Origin: Antedon mediterranea
Taxonomy: Eukaryota > Animalia > Echinodermata
Assembly (NCBI RefSeq): GCF_964355755.1
Contig: NC_092677.1
Coordinates: forward strand, 19,490,101-19,554,100
Direction of reading: 5' to 3'
DNA: 64,000 nucleotides
Under the pieces are notes generated by a model, which searched no databases, was not told where the DNA came from, and saw only the letters and a list, made by a program, of their open reading frames with translations. Shown in pieces: positions 36,186-48,131 of this stretch (position 1 is the first letter of the stretch; each line of letters starts with the position of its first letter). The position numbers were made by a program, and so were the translations under genes.

Positions 36186-39100
36186 TAGCAAATGGCGGCC
36201 ATTTTGAATTTATGCTAATTAACCCACTTCCCGATGTACGATTTTGGTAAACTTTGGATATGATGTTCATGTTCACCATATCAACCAAATAAAACAAAAA
36301 AAAATTCTGTTGCAATTTGTTCTAGGTTCAACCTTATTTTTACTGGACTACAACATCATCTGCAGTTTCAAGGCCCTTTCTACAGCAATTGCCGTCGATC
36401 TTCATATTATTATTAGATATTATTGTATTGAACTCTGTAATGTGTGGTGTGATATTGTCAGTACAAGGGTCCGTTAAATGAGCGTTTAACGAATATAAAA
36501 ACGATCTGTTAGGTCGGCGTTTAACGGACGAAAACAACGGATGTTGTTCTTCCGTTGTACGCGTTAGATAGTAAATTCAATTTCATTGTACAGTATTAAC
36601 CATGATACGCTCTGCTGAGTACAGACCGCCCAACTCATTAACGTTTTGCATATTATTAACGCATTTAAAAGTCTATTAAGGAGTAAAAACATTTAGGCAC
36701 GCTCCCTTATAGTAATGTATTTCTTGCTTTGGTTCCTAATTTGTCTTTCTTACGAAAAATGGGGAGAGAAATACTGTTTTTAAGTGGCCATTCTGAAAAG
36801 TCGTACTACTGTACCTCCATATTACTAACGAACACTATACTTAGCGGGTACAAAATTCATTGTTTGATTACCTTCCGTTAGTAGGACTAATTATAAGGTT
36901 AATTATTACTGACTGAATAATACGTCCATGTTTGAAGATTATCCAGGCCTGTCATACTGTACATCAAGCTACCTGTAGGCCATATCAGGTCTAGCGGTTC
37001 TGTTTTGTTTACACTCCATCGCGGGCGAAGATCGCTGCACACACTACGCTCGAATCACAAGTCACCAAAACAGAAAACCCCTATTGGGTATCGGCTGCCA
37101 TAAATCAGCTTATTAAATTTCTTTGGTAGATTTCTATCTTAACAAACATTGTATACTTGCTTTTCTGCTTGATAAATTCTTGTTCAATTGACGTTTAAAA
37201 AATAAGATATTTTACGATAAATGACACAAACTGTAAGTTTAATTTTCCGACACTCTACACCTTGTGTACACCTACTGTAGCATCACATTGTGAGAGCGCT
37301 CATGTGGTGGTCGAAAAAGGAGGGATGCTGTCCATGATTGAATACACAGTACATGTGCTGTTTGTGACGATTTCCATTTTTGGATCCTCCTTATACCCGC
37401 GTCTGTACGGTAGTTCAAGTCGGCATTTGCGTGCACGTTATTTTAAGGTAAAGGTACTATATCATTGCTACTTGTTGTGTGTGGTTGTTAACTCATTGGC
37501 TAATAATATTTTTGTACGTATTTCCAAGTTGATGTTCAGTGTTTGTTGTTTGTTATATTGCAACAAACGGTAAACATCGACTTGGAACTCCGTATACTAA
37601 ATAGTTTAGCAACCACACACTACAAGTAGCAATGATATATGACCTTGAAGTAACATGTACAGTATGCGTGAATCTAATTGCAAACATCAACTTAAAGATT
37701 TAAAGATATGTGAAACTATGTTGGATAATACTGTTCCTGATGCGGAGCTCAACATTGAAGGATACAACGTTTTCCGTCGAGATCGAAATCGGTCTGGAGG
37801 AGGTGTTTGTTTTTTTGTCAAGGAAAGACTATCTATACGCGAACGCCGGGACCTGGATTCTGAAAGTATTGAATCAATTTGGATGGAAATTTTGCTTCCG
37901 AGGACGCGTCTTATTGTTGTTGGATCAATTTATCGTCCACCAAGTCAATCATATAAGCTATTTATTGACTCGTTTGAAAATATATTGGCTGCTATTCGAC
38001 CAGATGTCGAAGTTATTGTCCTTGGTGACTTCAATATTAATTTGAAAAATGAATCTGCATCAATATACAAAATGTTAGAAACAACTCTTGAAACTTTTAG
38101 CTTTACCCATCTGATAAAGGAACCAACTCGAATTACTAAGTATACATCAACAGTTTTAGATATTATCATATGTAACCATTCGCAAAAAATTTGCAATCGG
38201 GTGTCATCCATGTAGGCATTAGTGACCACAGCCTAACGTTTTGTACTCGTAAATCTTTAAAATATAAATTTAACCAACATAAAACTATCAAAATTCGTTC
38301 ACTTAAGAACTACGATGTTAATATTTTTAATGAGCAATTGACACAATCTGATTGGTCGCCTGTTCTCGATTCATCAGATGTGGACTTTGCCTGGTGCTCT
38401 TTTAAAAAAATATTTTTGTCTCTTATAAACAGAATGGCTCCTCTCAAACAGGTGCGCCTAAAACAAAAATCTGAAGAGTGGATGACACCGGAAATATTAA
38501 GTGCCATAAAAGAAAGAGACTCGATATTAAATAAGTTCAAGAATAACCCAAATAGGCCAGACCTTTACGATGCATTTCGTAAGTTACGTAATCGCATACA
38601 AAAGGACATAAAGAAAGCAAAATCTGAATGTTTTTTAAATAAGGTAGAAGTTAACAAAAATAATCCCAATAAACTCTGGAAATGCCTTAAAGATTTGGGA
38701 TATAAAAATAAGCCACAAAAGGGTAGCACTGTTTCGTTAGATGTTAATGGGAATCTTTGCCATAATGAAAGCGAAGTTTCAAATTATTTCAATAAATACT
38801 TCGCAAATATTGCTTCCGATTTAATGAAGAAATTGCCTTCTCCCAGTAACCTTTTTAGTGTGGGTTCGAATGCCTTTAAAAATTACTATAATAGCAAAAT
38901 CAAACATGTTTCTGGTTTTTCTCTCGAAGAAATTGACGAGAGCCTTATCGAAGAGGAATTGAGAAATCTCAACCCATCTAAAAGTGTAGGCCTTGATCAG
39001 ATTCCGGGTCATTCCATCTCAGTTCACCCAAAAAAAATGGAATTTTAAACCCTACCTCTTCCAATTTTGATGAAATTTGGTATATGGGTGATTCATAGCA

Positions 39101-39699
39101 ATTAAAGCCAAAATTTCAAATTTTAACTTTATCGGACCAACGGTTTTCGAGATATCGCAATTTCAATTTTCGGTTTTTACGCAAAAAAGGGAGCGGCCGC
39201 CACGTTTCAAAGAGCTGTATCTCGGGAACTATAGGTTCGATTTTAAAAACAAAGGTATTTTTGTAAAGGGGAGACCATAAGGAACCTAAATATACTAATT
39301 GTGTGTGTTTTATGTTAATTTTAAGTTGAATAAAACTTTGACATATATTTTGACCTTGAAATTGACCCCGTGGAACACGCCCGATTTGTTGGTGACTATC
39401 ACGAAAAATGTAGCCCTACTTGTCAACTACAACATATAAAAAAATTGGAGGGGTTTTTTTGTTTGTTTCCATGAAATTACAATTTGAAGTTGACATACCT
39501 CTTCCTTTTAGTGTATTTTTGGTGTTGTTATATACTTATACACAGTGTGAACACTAACTGTTAAGGTGTCTTATTGTTACGCTTTCTCATCAGGCCCACT
39601 TAAACAGTAGATATACTTTGATATGAGAAATACTGGGTAACTCACATACTTTTCAAATCAATTTTGACACATAGTTTAGTGTCCTTGCTATGTTATTAT

Positions 39700-40251
39700 G
39701 CATATTAATGCATAATAAGTGATTGCAGAGAACATACATCAGTTACTGATGCCTTTTTAAAGGTTGTCATCCCCTATTTAAAATCAAAACTACCAACCAT
39801 GAAAAAAGTTCATTATTTCACAGATGGATGTGGCGGCCAATACAAAAACAAATATAACTTTATTAACCTTTGCCACCACCAGGAAGATTTTGGTTTAGAC
39901 GCCGAGGGGAATTTTTTCGCTACATCACATGGCAAGAGTGCATGTGATGGCATAGGTGGAACAGTTAAGAGGCTTGTCACTAAGAGAAGCTTACAGCGTT
40001 TGACTGAATGTCATATTCTCACATCTCTCAGTATGTTCGACTACTGTGTAATTTTTTATTTTTATTTATGTCTTTAGGCAATGTGGCCAAGGATTACCAA
40101 TAGTGAATTAATCACTGTCCTATCAGATAGGTGGTAATCCCCCTGATACAGGGGCTATTGTGTGAACCAGTTCACCGGGATAACCCCCTACTCTTTTTCG
40201 AATAATGAACTGGGTTCTTTAAAGTACACACAGGTTATAACTGTGTACACT

Positions 40252-40285
<34 letters not shown>

Positions 40286-40901
40286 TTGTTCCACCACCAG
40301 AACTAGGAGCGAGTCGGCCTCGAACCCTTGCCGATGTTGTTGTTGGCTCTTTAGGTACGGTAAACGACGCCCCTGCCTTAACCGCTCGGCCATATGACTC
40401 GCTCATATGGACATTCCAGGCATCAACTTTTTTCATGTGGGAATAGATGAGGTATCTACTGTGGAAAAAGAAATAAAGCCGAGATTCAACCTCGCCCAGA
40501 CCATCAAGGGTACATTACAATATCATCGCTTTGTTCACGTTTATCTGGCACAGATGCAGGTCTACAAACTTAGTACCCAGATAAACCCTCCGGATGTGGT
40601 AGTGATTCAAGAATCTTTCAGTGATGAAAATGAAATTGTTGCTGATACACAACCCACCATTATTAGACTTCAGAATTTGTGTGCTGTAGTTATGATGGTG
40701 TCCCATTTGGTTGTGGATGTCTCAGAAGAGTTTGGGGATTATCAAATTAAATTTATGCATCCTCATGGGCCAGCGAAAATCTTTTATTGGCCGTCCAAAG
40801 AAGACTGTTGTTGGATTCCTGAATCAAATGTACATTGTATTATAGCCTCTCCGTTTATAAAATCCTCTTCGACTAGGAATTACAGTAATTTCCCAAAATG
40901 A
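39700..40901 (+). pseudogene. Sola2 transposase C-terminal remnant, interrupted by a SINE
   Basis: HYFTDGCGGQYKN...FATSHGKSACDGIGGTVKR, and downstream IKGTLQYH and FMHPHGP..FYWP...D.CW. Confidence 0.82.
40050..40404 (-). mobile_element. tRNA-derived SINE with a Deu/Nin-type central domain
   Basis: Minus strand: A box TGGCCGAGCGG, B box GGTTCGAGGCC, core CAGATAAGGACTATAAACCGTAGGTCC...TTAAAGAACCC...AAGAGTAGGGGTTATCCCGG, A-rich tail. Confidence 0.82.
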
Positions 40902-43481
40902 ACGCCACAACATTTCTAAATACTGTTTGAATTGGCCAGATGACAAGGAGTAAAGGCCAGATAGACAATTGTAACATTATAATAATATTTAGTTTGTAAA
41001 TAAAATTATTTTTGGAATACATCAAATTGACATTGAAGTAATGCATGGACAGACACCAAAATACACTAAAATAACATAGTAAGGACACTAAACTATGTGT
41101 CAAAATTGATTTGAAAAGTATGTGAGTTACCCAGTATTTCTCATATCAAAATATATCTACTGTAGTGTTTAAGTGGGCCTGATGAGAAAGCGTAACAATA
41201 AGACACCTTAACAGTTAGTGTTCACACTGTGTATAAGTATATAACAACACCAAAAAATACACTAAAAGGAAGAGGTATGTCAACTTCAAATTGTAATTTC
41301 ATGGAAACAAAGAAAAAAACCCCTCCAATTTTTTTATATGTTGTAGTTGACACGTAGGGCTACATTTTTCGTGATAGTCACCAACAAATCGGGCGTGTTC
41401 CACGGTGTCAATTTCAAGGTCAAAATATATTTCAAAGTTTTATTAAACTTAAAATTAACATAAAACACACACAATTAGTATATTTAGATTCCTTATTTTC
41501 TCCCCTTTACAAAAATACCTTTGCTTTTAAAATTGAACCTATAGTTCCCGAGATACAGCTCTTTGAAACGTGGCGGACGCGCCCTTTTTTGCGTAAAAAC
41601 CGAAAATTGAAATTGCGATATCTCGAAAACCGTTGGTCCGATAAAGTTAAAATTTGAAATTTTGACTTTAATTGCTATGAATCACCCATATACCAAATTT
41701 CATCAAAATTGGAAGAGGTAGGGTTTAACTCATTGGGTGATCTGAGATGGAATGACCCTTCCTGCAAAATTTCTTAGAGACGGAGCTCCTAATATTAAAA
41801 TACCAATAACACATATAATTAACCTCTCCATTAAATACGAACGTATTCCCTCGGATTTTAAACTCGCAAAAGTCACGCCCCTTCATAAAAAGAATTCCAG
41901 AACTGAGGCTAACAATTACAGACCTATAAGCATTCTCTCCTCAGTTTCGAAAATTCTGGAGAAGGTGGTATATATACAAGTTTCCGATTACCTTGAAAGG
42001 AATCAACTTATCTACGATCATCAATCCGGTTTTCGTAGATCATTTTCTACCGACACATGTCTTATCCATCTTAGAGATCACCTTAGAGTTCAAATGTCAA
42101 ATGGTTTATTTACGGGTATGGTTTTACTCGATGTCCAAAAGGCCTTTGACTCGGTCAATCATGATATTTTGTGTAAAAAACTTAAGTATCTAGGATGCCG
42201 GTCTATCGGTTGGTTTCAAGCGTACCTGTCTGGGCGAAATCAGATTGTCGATATTAAAGGTACCAAATCAAACTCTATTGAGATTGGATGTGGAGTCCCC
42301 CAGGGTAGCCTTTTGGGTCCTCTCTTGTTTCTTATTTACGTGAATGACCTACCATCTAGTATCGAAAGTGATTGTAAAGTTGTTTTGTACGCTGACGATT
42401 GTGCAATTTTTTACTCCCATAAAGATCCAATCGCAATCCAATCTAAACTCCAAAACAATCTCGTATCATGCAATAATTGGCTGATCGACAATCAACTTTC
42501 GCTTCATATGGGTAAGACCGAATGCATCCTGTTTGGTTCTAAACGTAGATTAAGCAAAGTAAACGAATTCTATATTGATTGCTTTGGAACGACTATAAAT
42601 GGATCAAAATCTATCAAATATCTAGGTATTGAGATTGACCAAAATGTATCAGGTGACGTCATTGCCCGCTCTGTTATAAACAAAGCAAACGGCAGACTGA
42701 AATTTCTGTACCGACAATCATCATTTCTTAATTCACATTGTCGCAAAATTCTTAGTTTTGCTTTAATCCAACCGATGTTCGATTATTCGGTTTGCTCATG
42801 GTCTTCTACGGTAAATAAAAATTTAAAATCAAAATTACAAACGACTCAAAACAAAATGGTTCGTTTTATAAAAAAGTTAGGTCCCCGATCTCATGTTGGT
42901 CAATCTCAGCTAAACGACGTTGGTATGTTAAAAGTCCAAGACCGTGTCGAATTTCTTAGAGCCTGTCATGTTTTTAAAATATATAATCATTGTTGTCCAC
43001 CTTATTTATGCAATCGTTTTATTAGAATTTCAGACAGTCATAATTACAATACTAGGGGATGCAATTTTAATTTTAGAATCCCAACTATCAAGCCAATGGC
43101 ACATGTGACCTTTTTTTACAATGCTATTAAAGAATGGAATAATTTACCAATTAACATTAAGGAATCACAAACTGTTTGTTGTTTTAAAAGTAAAGTTAAA
43201 AAGTATCTACAGGAACGTTCACTAGCTCTAGAAACTATTTAATTAGCGCTTCTTCTTTTTTCGATTGTCCTTTTTGCTGTTTTTTGTCATTTTTATTATG
43301 TTGCTTTGTTTGTCTTTTTTGCTGTTCTTTCAAAGGACCTCATTGGAAACAAGTCCGTAGAGGACTTTTATGAGTTATCCTTGGCATCCTTGTTTTATAT
43401 TGGTATTTTTATATTTGTCAATTTTAATTGTATGTCTGTGATATTTTATGTACTGATGCCGAAATAAATCAAATCAAATCA

Positions 43482-43984
43482 AAAAATTTATTGTCCCTTT
43501 GACTAATTCCAAAAAAATTTTAAAAAAAGATTTCGAAAAAAAGTGGATCATTTTGAAATATCATAATGATAATAGTTATTAACTTTCACCAAAAATGTGT
43601 CGAAAAAAAATCATTTAACTGGAATGAAATACAGACGTTTTTTTGTTCAAAAAATAACTTGACTTCCAGTCAAAGTTTTCGATCAAAACATATGTCATAA
43701 TGCAACGCGCTTGTTTGGCTACTCTGTATGCATAATCATAAAACTTCCTCGCAATCTGTGTGGAAAAACCTTCTTAACCGTGACGAGTTGTAAACAATCC
43801 TAATTAGCTTCATGCATAATGCATACTCGTGGTTTGAAATCTTTGTTTACTTTCGCTCGCGAAGATTTTCCAGACGAAATGTAATCAAATTAATTTACTG
43901 TACCTGTTAATTACGTAAACTTGTTTGTTTTTTTAAATTTAGAATCTTCTGGACTTCATTTTTTGTGTTTTAAGGGACAATACA
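43482..43984 (-). mobile_element. Kolobok-type element, copy 2 (inverted relative to copy 1; outer TIR bases displaced to ~37692-37702 by the LINE)
   Basis: TATTGTCCCTTTGACTAATTC...GGGACAATACA; reverse-complement match to ~6765-7180 and ~9070-9155. Confidence 0.8.
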
Positions 43985-44751
43985 TTAATCCAACGCGCAT
44001 CGTGCACCCAAAAGTATTGAAAAATAGATTTACATAAAAAGCATGATATAACTTTTTGATTACGGGTTAAACATTTTTTTTTTTTTTATGGAGCGACCTT
44101 TTTTTATTTGTTTTTTTTTATGGACATTCTGCATCCTATATAGGATTGCTAAGTAAATAAATAAATACATTTAAATTACTGTTGTATACTGTATATTGCT
44201 AAAAATAAATTAAAACCTTGATAAATATATTTAAAATACTAGTGAACCTAATTAATGATACTTTGTACTGATAAAATGAATGAAGAAATTATTTTTTTTT
44301 ATGACATTGCAATAACTGTTCTATTGGATAAATTTTAATGATGTACTGTATAGTATTTATTTTTTATGCATATTGTTAATTTTTCTGTATTTTTTTCTGT
44401 AATGTTTAATTTGTTTCTATATGTAGTACTAATAATTAAGTAAAAATAATTTCAGACTTGTTCTGCTTTTTGTAATATTTTTTATACCTGAAAAACTAAA
44501 AATAAATAAATAAATAATAACTAAGTTTAAAAATTGAATTTGGCACATAGACAACATGATACACTGATACAAATATCATAAGAACTTTGTATTCTCAAGT
44601 TTGGAAAAAATGTATTAGAATATGCCAATTATAAAATTAGACCTACAGTATACAGGGTGAAGATATTTCTGATTTTGAGTTAAAGCATTCAACATGTGCA
44701 CGTTAGAAATAAAAATGTTTATGGTTATTTATTTATTGTTAATTTCTACAG

Positions 44752-44839
44752 GAACATGAGTGTAGCAGGGGATCATGAAATCTGTGATAGGATGATAAGA
44801 GATGATGTTATGACACCATTAATAGCATTACTTCAACAG
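44752..44839 (+). CDS. HEATR3: HEATR3 exon 3
   Basis: Acceptor tttctacag|G completes the Arg codon. Encodes NMSVAGDHEICDRMIRDDVMTPLIALLQQ. Donor CAG|GTGAAT; 88 nt. Confidence 0.92.
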
Positions 44840-45197
44840 GTGAATTTTCCTTGTCATAATAGTACCATTAAACACGGCTTAATTTTCATTTAATTCGTCG
44901 ATATAAAGTGTGGATTATTATACTAGCATTGTTCTCTTTCGCTAACTGGTAACATATATTACACCCTTCCACCGGAGGCATAGAAAAACAAGGCCTCTCA
45001 TAGTATCATGATAAAAAACAATACCTTTGGTGGGAGTGTGTGGAATCATGATCAAAATACAATGCATCATAGGTTTGTGATAAAAAAAACAATGCCCCAC
45101 ACGTAGGCTATGAAGAGTTAAGCATGGGAACGGAGCAGTAATTAATAGCTGTACTGAATTATTTACCTCTATTTTTCTGATGCCATTTTAAATATAG

Positions 45198-45298
45198 TAT
45201 TCTAAGGAGTTACCAGATGTTGTCTTAAGCTCAAACAATCACAAGGATTCCACCAGCAGCATACTGGAGCAGGCTCTCCATCTACTATGGAACCTCTG
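45198..45298 (+). CDS. HEATR3: HEATR3 exon 4
   Basis: Acceptor aatatag|. Encodes YSKELPDVVLSSNNHKDSTSSILEQALHLLWNL(C), containing the LWNL motif. Donor TG|GTATGT; 101 nt. Absent from the ORF track. Confidence 0.85.
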
Positions 45299-45645
45299 GT
45301 ATGTAAAACTAAATCACCTTATCACAACACATCGTGATAACAAAGTATGTTGTGAGAGAAAATAGTCCTGAGAGAAAATATAACTATAAAGGATTGCAAA
45401 CCCACTTGCTCGACTTCCCAGAGACATGTTATTGTTAATGGTCCGACAACCACATTTGATTCATCCTCTTGTCACAGGTCAAACACTACACTACATAAAT
45501 GTACGTAAGTGATGGAGAATATTTAATCGATCTATCTGAAATTTAATTCTGAAAAAAAGATTTCACCACCATGCTATTAGTTAGTTCACATTGAAATGTA
45601 AATAACAATACATTTTGCACTTTATCTTTTTTTATTGTTTTACAG

Positions 45646-45755
45646 TGAAAGTTGTAATACTGCTGTTTGCATCTTCAATAAGGCAGAGATCTTGCCTTTA
45701 GTAGTACATTGCTTCAAAGCAGAGTCCCTTAATATGGCTCTAGCTATTACAGCAG
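45646..45755 (+). CDS. HEATR3: HEATR3 exon 5
   Basis: Acceptor ttttacag|T. Encodes ESCNTAVCIFNKAEILPLVVHCFKAESLNMALAITA. Donor CAG|GTTAGA; 110 nt, phases fit both neighbours. Confidence 0.9.
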
Positions 45756-46871
45756 GTTAGATCTTTATTCTTCAATTTAATTAAGGATTTTTTCATGAGG
45801 TCATAGATGTATGTAATGATGCCCTAAATTTGTTTACTTCATATCTAGGTTATAGATCACAAGTTGTAATAAATGTAAATAAGTCAATTTCTGATTTAAC
45901 TGAGAAATTGACATTGGAATTCCACGTGGCTTTTGATAACCCTGTTAATCACAAGTTACTTATTGCTAAACTTAAGGAAATTGGTATATGTAATGATGCC
46001 CATACAGAGCAACAAAAGAATGGAATCTTATACCAACTGAAACTAGAACAAAAGTAACTGGGAAAAATTATCAAATTATTGAACAAACTTTTAAATGACA
46101 CAAAAACAAACTATACATCTATAACACTTTCAACTTTTAAAAATTCAATCCAAAATATTACTGTTTAAGTACGGTATCTTTTAATCCTTCCACTATACTG
46201 TATGTTTTGTAGATAGTTACCTTGTTGTAAATGTGTGTGTACTACAGTAATGTAAATTACTTTGTTAGTTGTCTTTGAATTATTTTTTTTATATTGTTAA
46301 TGTTTCTCTACTGAACCACTTTGGAAATCAATGCTTTAGCACTGAAAGTGTCATTCAGTATAAAAACAAAATCTTAGTAGACATTAATTTAATAGCCAAT
46401 ATGCCAGCCCAAACTAGCATTACATAATTATATATATGTTGATATAAAGTTTGCGGTACACCCATAGATATACTATAAGTACTAAATCATCAACTCCATG
46501 GTGATTCTTCATGGAGAGGGCACCACACAATGCAGCTGTGGTCAACCATTAGTTATGCTAATAAACGCAGTCACTAACTACTCCTGTGTTTAAACGATCC
46601 TCGTATGCAAAAATGCTAGATATTTAACTAAGAAATTATTTTTTTCATTGCGATGAACAATTTATAATTATTTTATAAAAAGTCTTTAACAAAAAATATG
46701 TGTTCTGATTTATGTGTTCTTATCATTATCAATATTTTATTTTTATAATTACTAAATAATATTTGAACTACAGCGGCCATCTAAATGGCCCCCCTTCCTG
46801 TTTGACTTTTTGTGGGGTGTGTTATTGTACTCTAAATTAGTGAAAACAAAAATATACTTTAATTTGCACAG

Positions 46872-47015
46872 CACAATGTTTGCACACAATTACAGAAGAC
46901 AATGAGCCTATAGCCACTGATCTAAGTACACCCGAGATGCTTGGTGTATTTGAGAAAGCATTGATGAGCCAAGGCGACCATGTCCAGCATTGCCTACTAA
47001 GGACTCTTACTGCAG
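46872..47015 (+). CDS. HEATR3: HEATR3 exon 6
   Basis: Acceptor ttgcacag|. Encodes AQCLHTITEDNEPIATDLSTPEMLGVFEKALMSQGDHVQHCLLRTLTA (AQCLxTxTEDN motif). Donor CAG|GTACAG; 144 nt. Confidence 0.9.
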
Positions 47016-47760
47016 GTACAGTATATTTTAAAGCTTTATTCAACAATTTTTGCATTTTATTTAAATTTGAAATGAAATGGGAGTGGTTTCGTCCCTTTTT
47101 ATATAGGTTATGGTGGTATATTAATTGTTACAATACAAAAAGAAAATTTAACATTTTTGAACCATTATCAACCACCATCATTTTTAAGATCAAGTAAATC
47201 AAAAAATGAAAAAGTACATGCGCAAAACAAATCCGGGACGAATCAGCCCACTTTTTGATTCAGCCCAGGGACGATCCAGCCCAAGAACAATTTGGCCGAT
47301 TCGGCCCAGGGACAATTCAGCTCAAGAATCGTCACTGGGCCGAATCTTTCCACTACCTACTAGTACTAAACACCTTGGTTTAATGCAACTAGTCGGGGCT
47401 AATTAATTAATAATTTGGATTAGATGAACAATTTTGCTTTGATAGAATGTTATTAATAGTTTTATTCTAAACTTGATCAGTACTATCTAGAAACATCTAC
47501 CATACCCAAACAATTTTTCAGTGGACTAAATTCAGTCAACTCGCAATCTAATTAGGTAACAATACTATTGCCTATATCAACTGCATTGAGTAATTCATTT
47601 TTTTTCATAATAAATGTTATAGATAGAAATATTATAAGAAAGTGAGTATCAAGTACAGCTGTTAAACAGTTGCGTAATAGACCCCTACAGATCTTGTCTG
47701 TGGAAACCACGCTTGTAAGTGTAGGTATTTGTAATGGTACAGTACTTTACATTTCTTTAG

Positions 47761-47906
47761 GTATTTTATGCAATCTGAAGTCAAGTCTACCAACTAGTAG
47801 CCAAGGACAAACACTGCAGGCATTGGTGAAAGTTTTGGCACAAACGCTAGAGGTCAACCCCACGACAGAGATTACTTCACTCATACAATCACATTTTGAA
47901 GAAAAT
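47761..47906 (+). CDS. HEATR3: HEATR3 exon 7
   Basis: Acceptor atttctttag|. Encodes GILCNLKSSLPTSSQGQTLQALVKVLAQTLEVNPTTEITSLIQSHFEEN. Donor AAT|GTAATA; 146 nt. Confidence 0.85.
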
Positions 47907-48131
47907 GTAATATTTTCATTATATTTATATATTTATATTTTGTTTAGGCTAGGTCTACAATTTGAAAAAATTAGCATAGTAGTGACAGGAAAAGCACTAC
48001 TTGCCTATTGAGCATGTGCAGATGATTCAGGGATGATTCGGAACTGAGACGATTCGGCCCGGGACTATTCGGCCCACTTTTTTCAAATTCAGATATGGAG
48101 AGCTAGTGTCATGGTTCTAGATCATGATCTG

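Larger units (their letters stand above)
30232..36350. mobile_element. Second Academ-like non-autonomous element (long repetitive TIRs) hosting pogo-like copy 2
   Basis: CAGTCCAGTAAA...TTTACTGGACTA termini resemble the AcademX ends. ~320-bp units are repeated directly and inverted. TSD not preserved. Confidence 0.68.
39006..41758 (+). mobile_element. Sola2 DNA transposon, internally deleted, ~680-bp TIRs
   Basis: GGGTCATTCCATCTCAG termini; 4-bp TSD TTCC; near-identical long arms; transposase remnant inside. Confidence 0.88.
37703..43481 (+). mobile_element. CR1-group (L2/Crack-like) LINE, 5'-truncated within the endonuclease and split by Sola2
   Basis: APE motifs (GGGV, IYRPP, LGDFN, ISDH) and RT motifs (GVPQGSLLGP, YADD). 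Removing the insert rejoins GLDQIP|AKFLRD. One frameshift near 38190; stop at 43242; AATAAA and (AAATC)n tail. Confidence 0.92.

Noticed and set aside
45830-46360. ORF with AFD..NHKLLIAKL and a LINE-like 3' UTR hairpin
   Set aside because: Short scrambled CR1/L2 debris, not a HEATR3 exon; exons 5 and 6 already join in phase.
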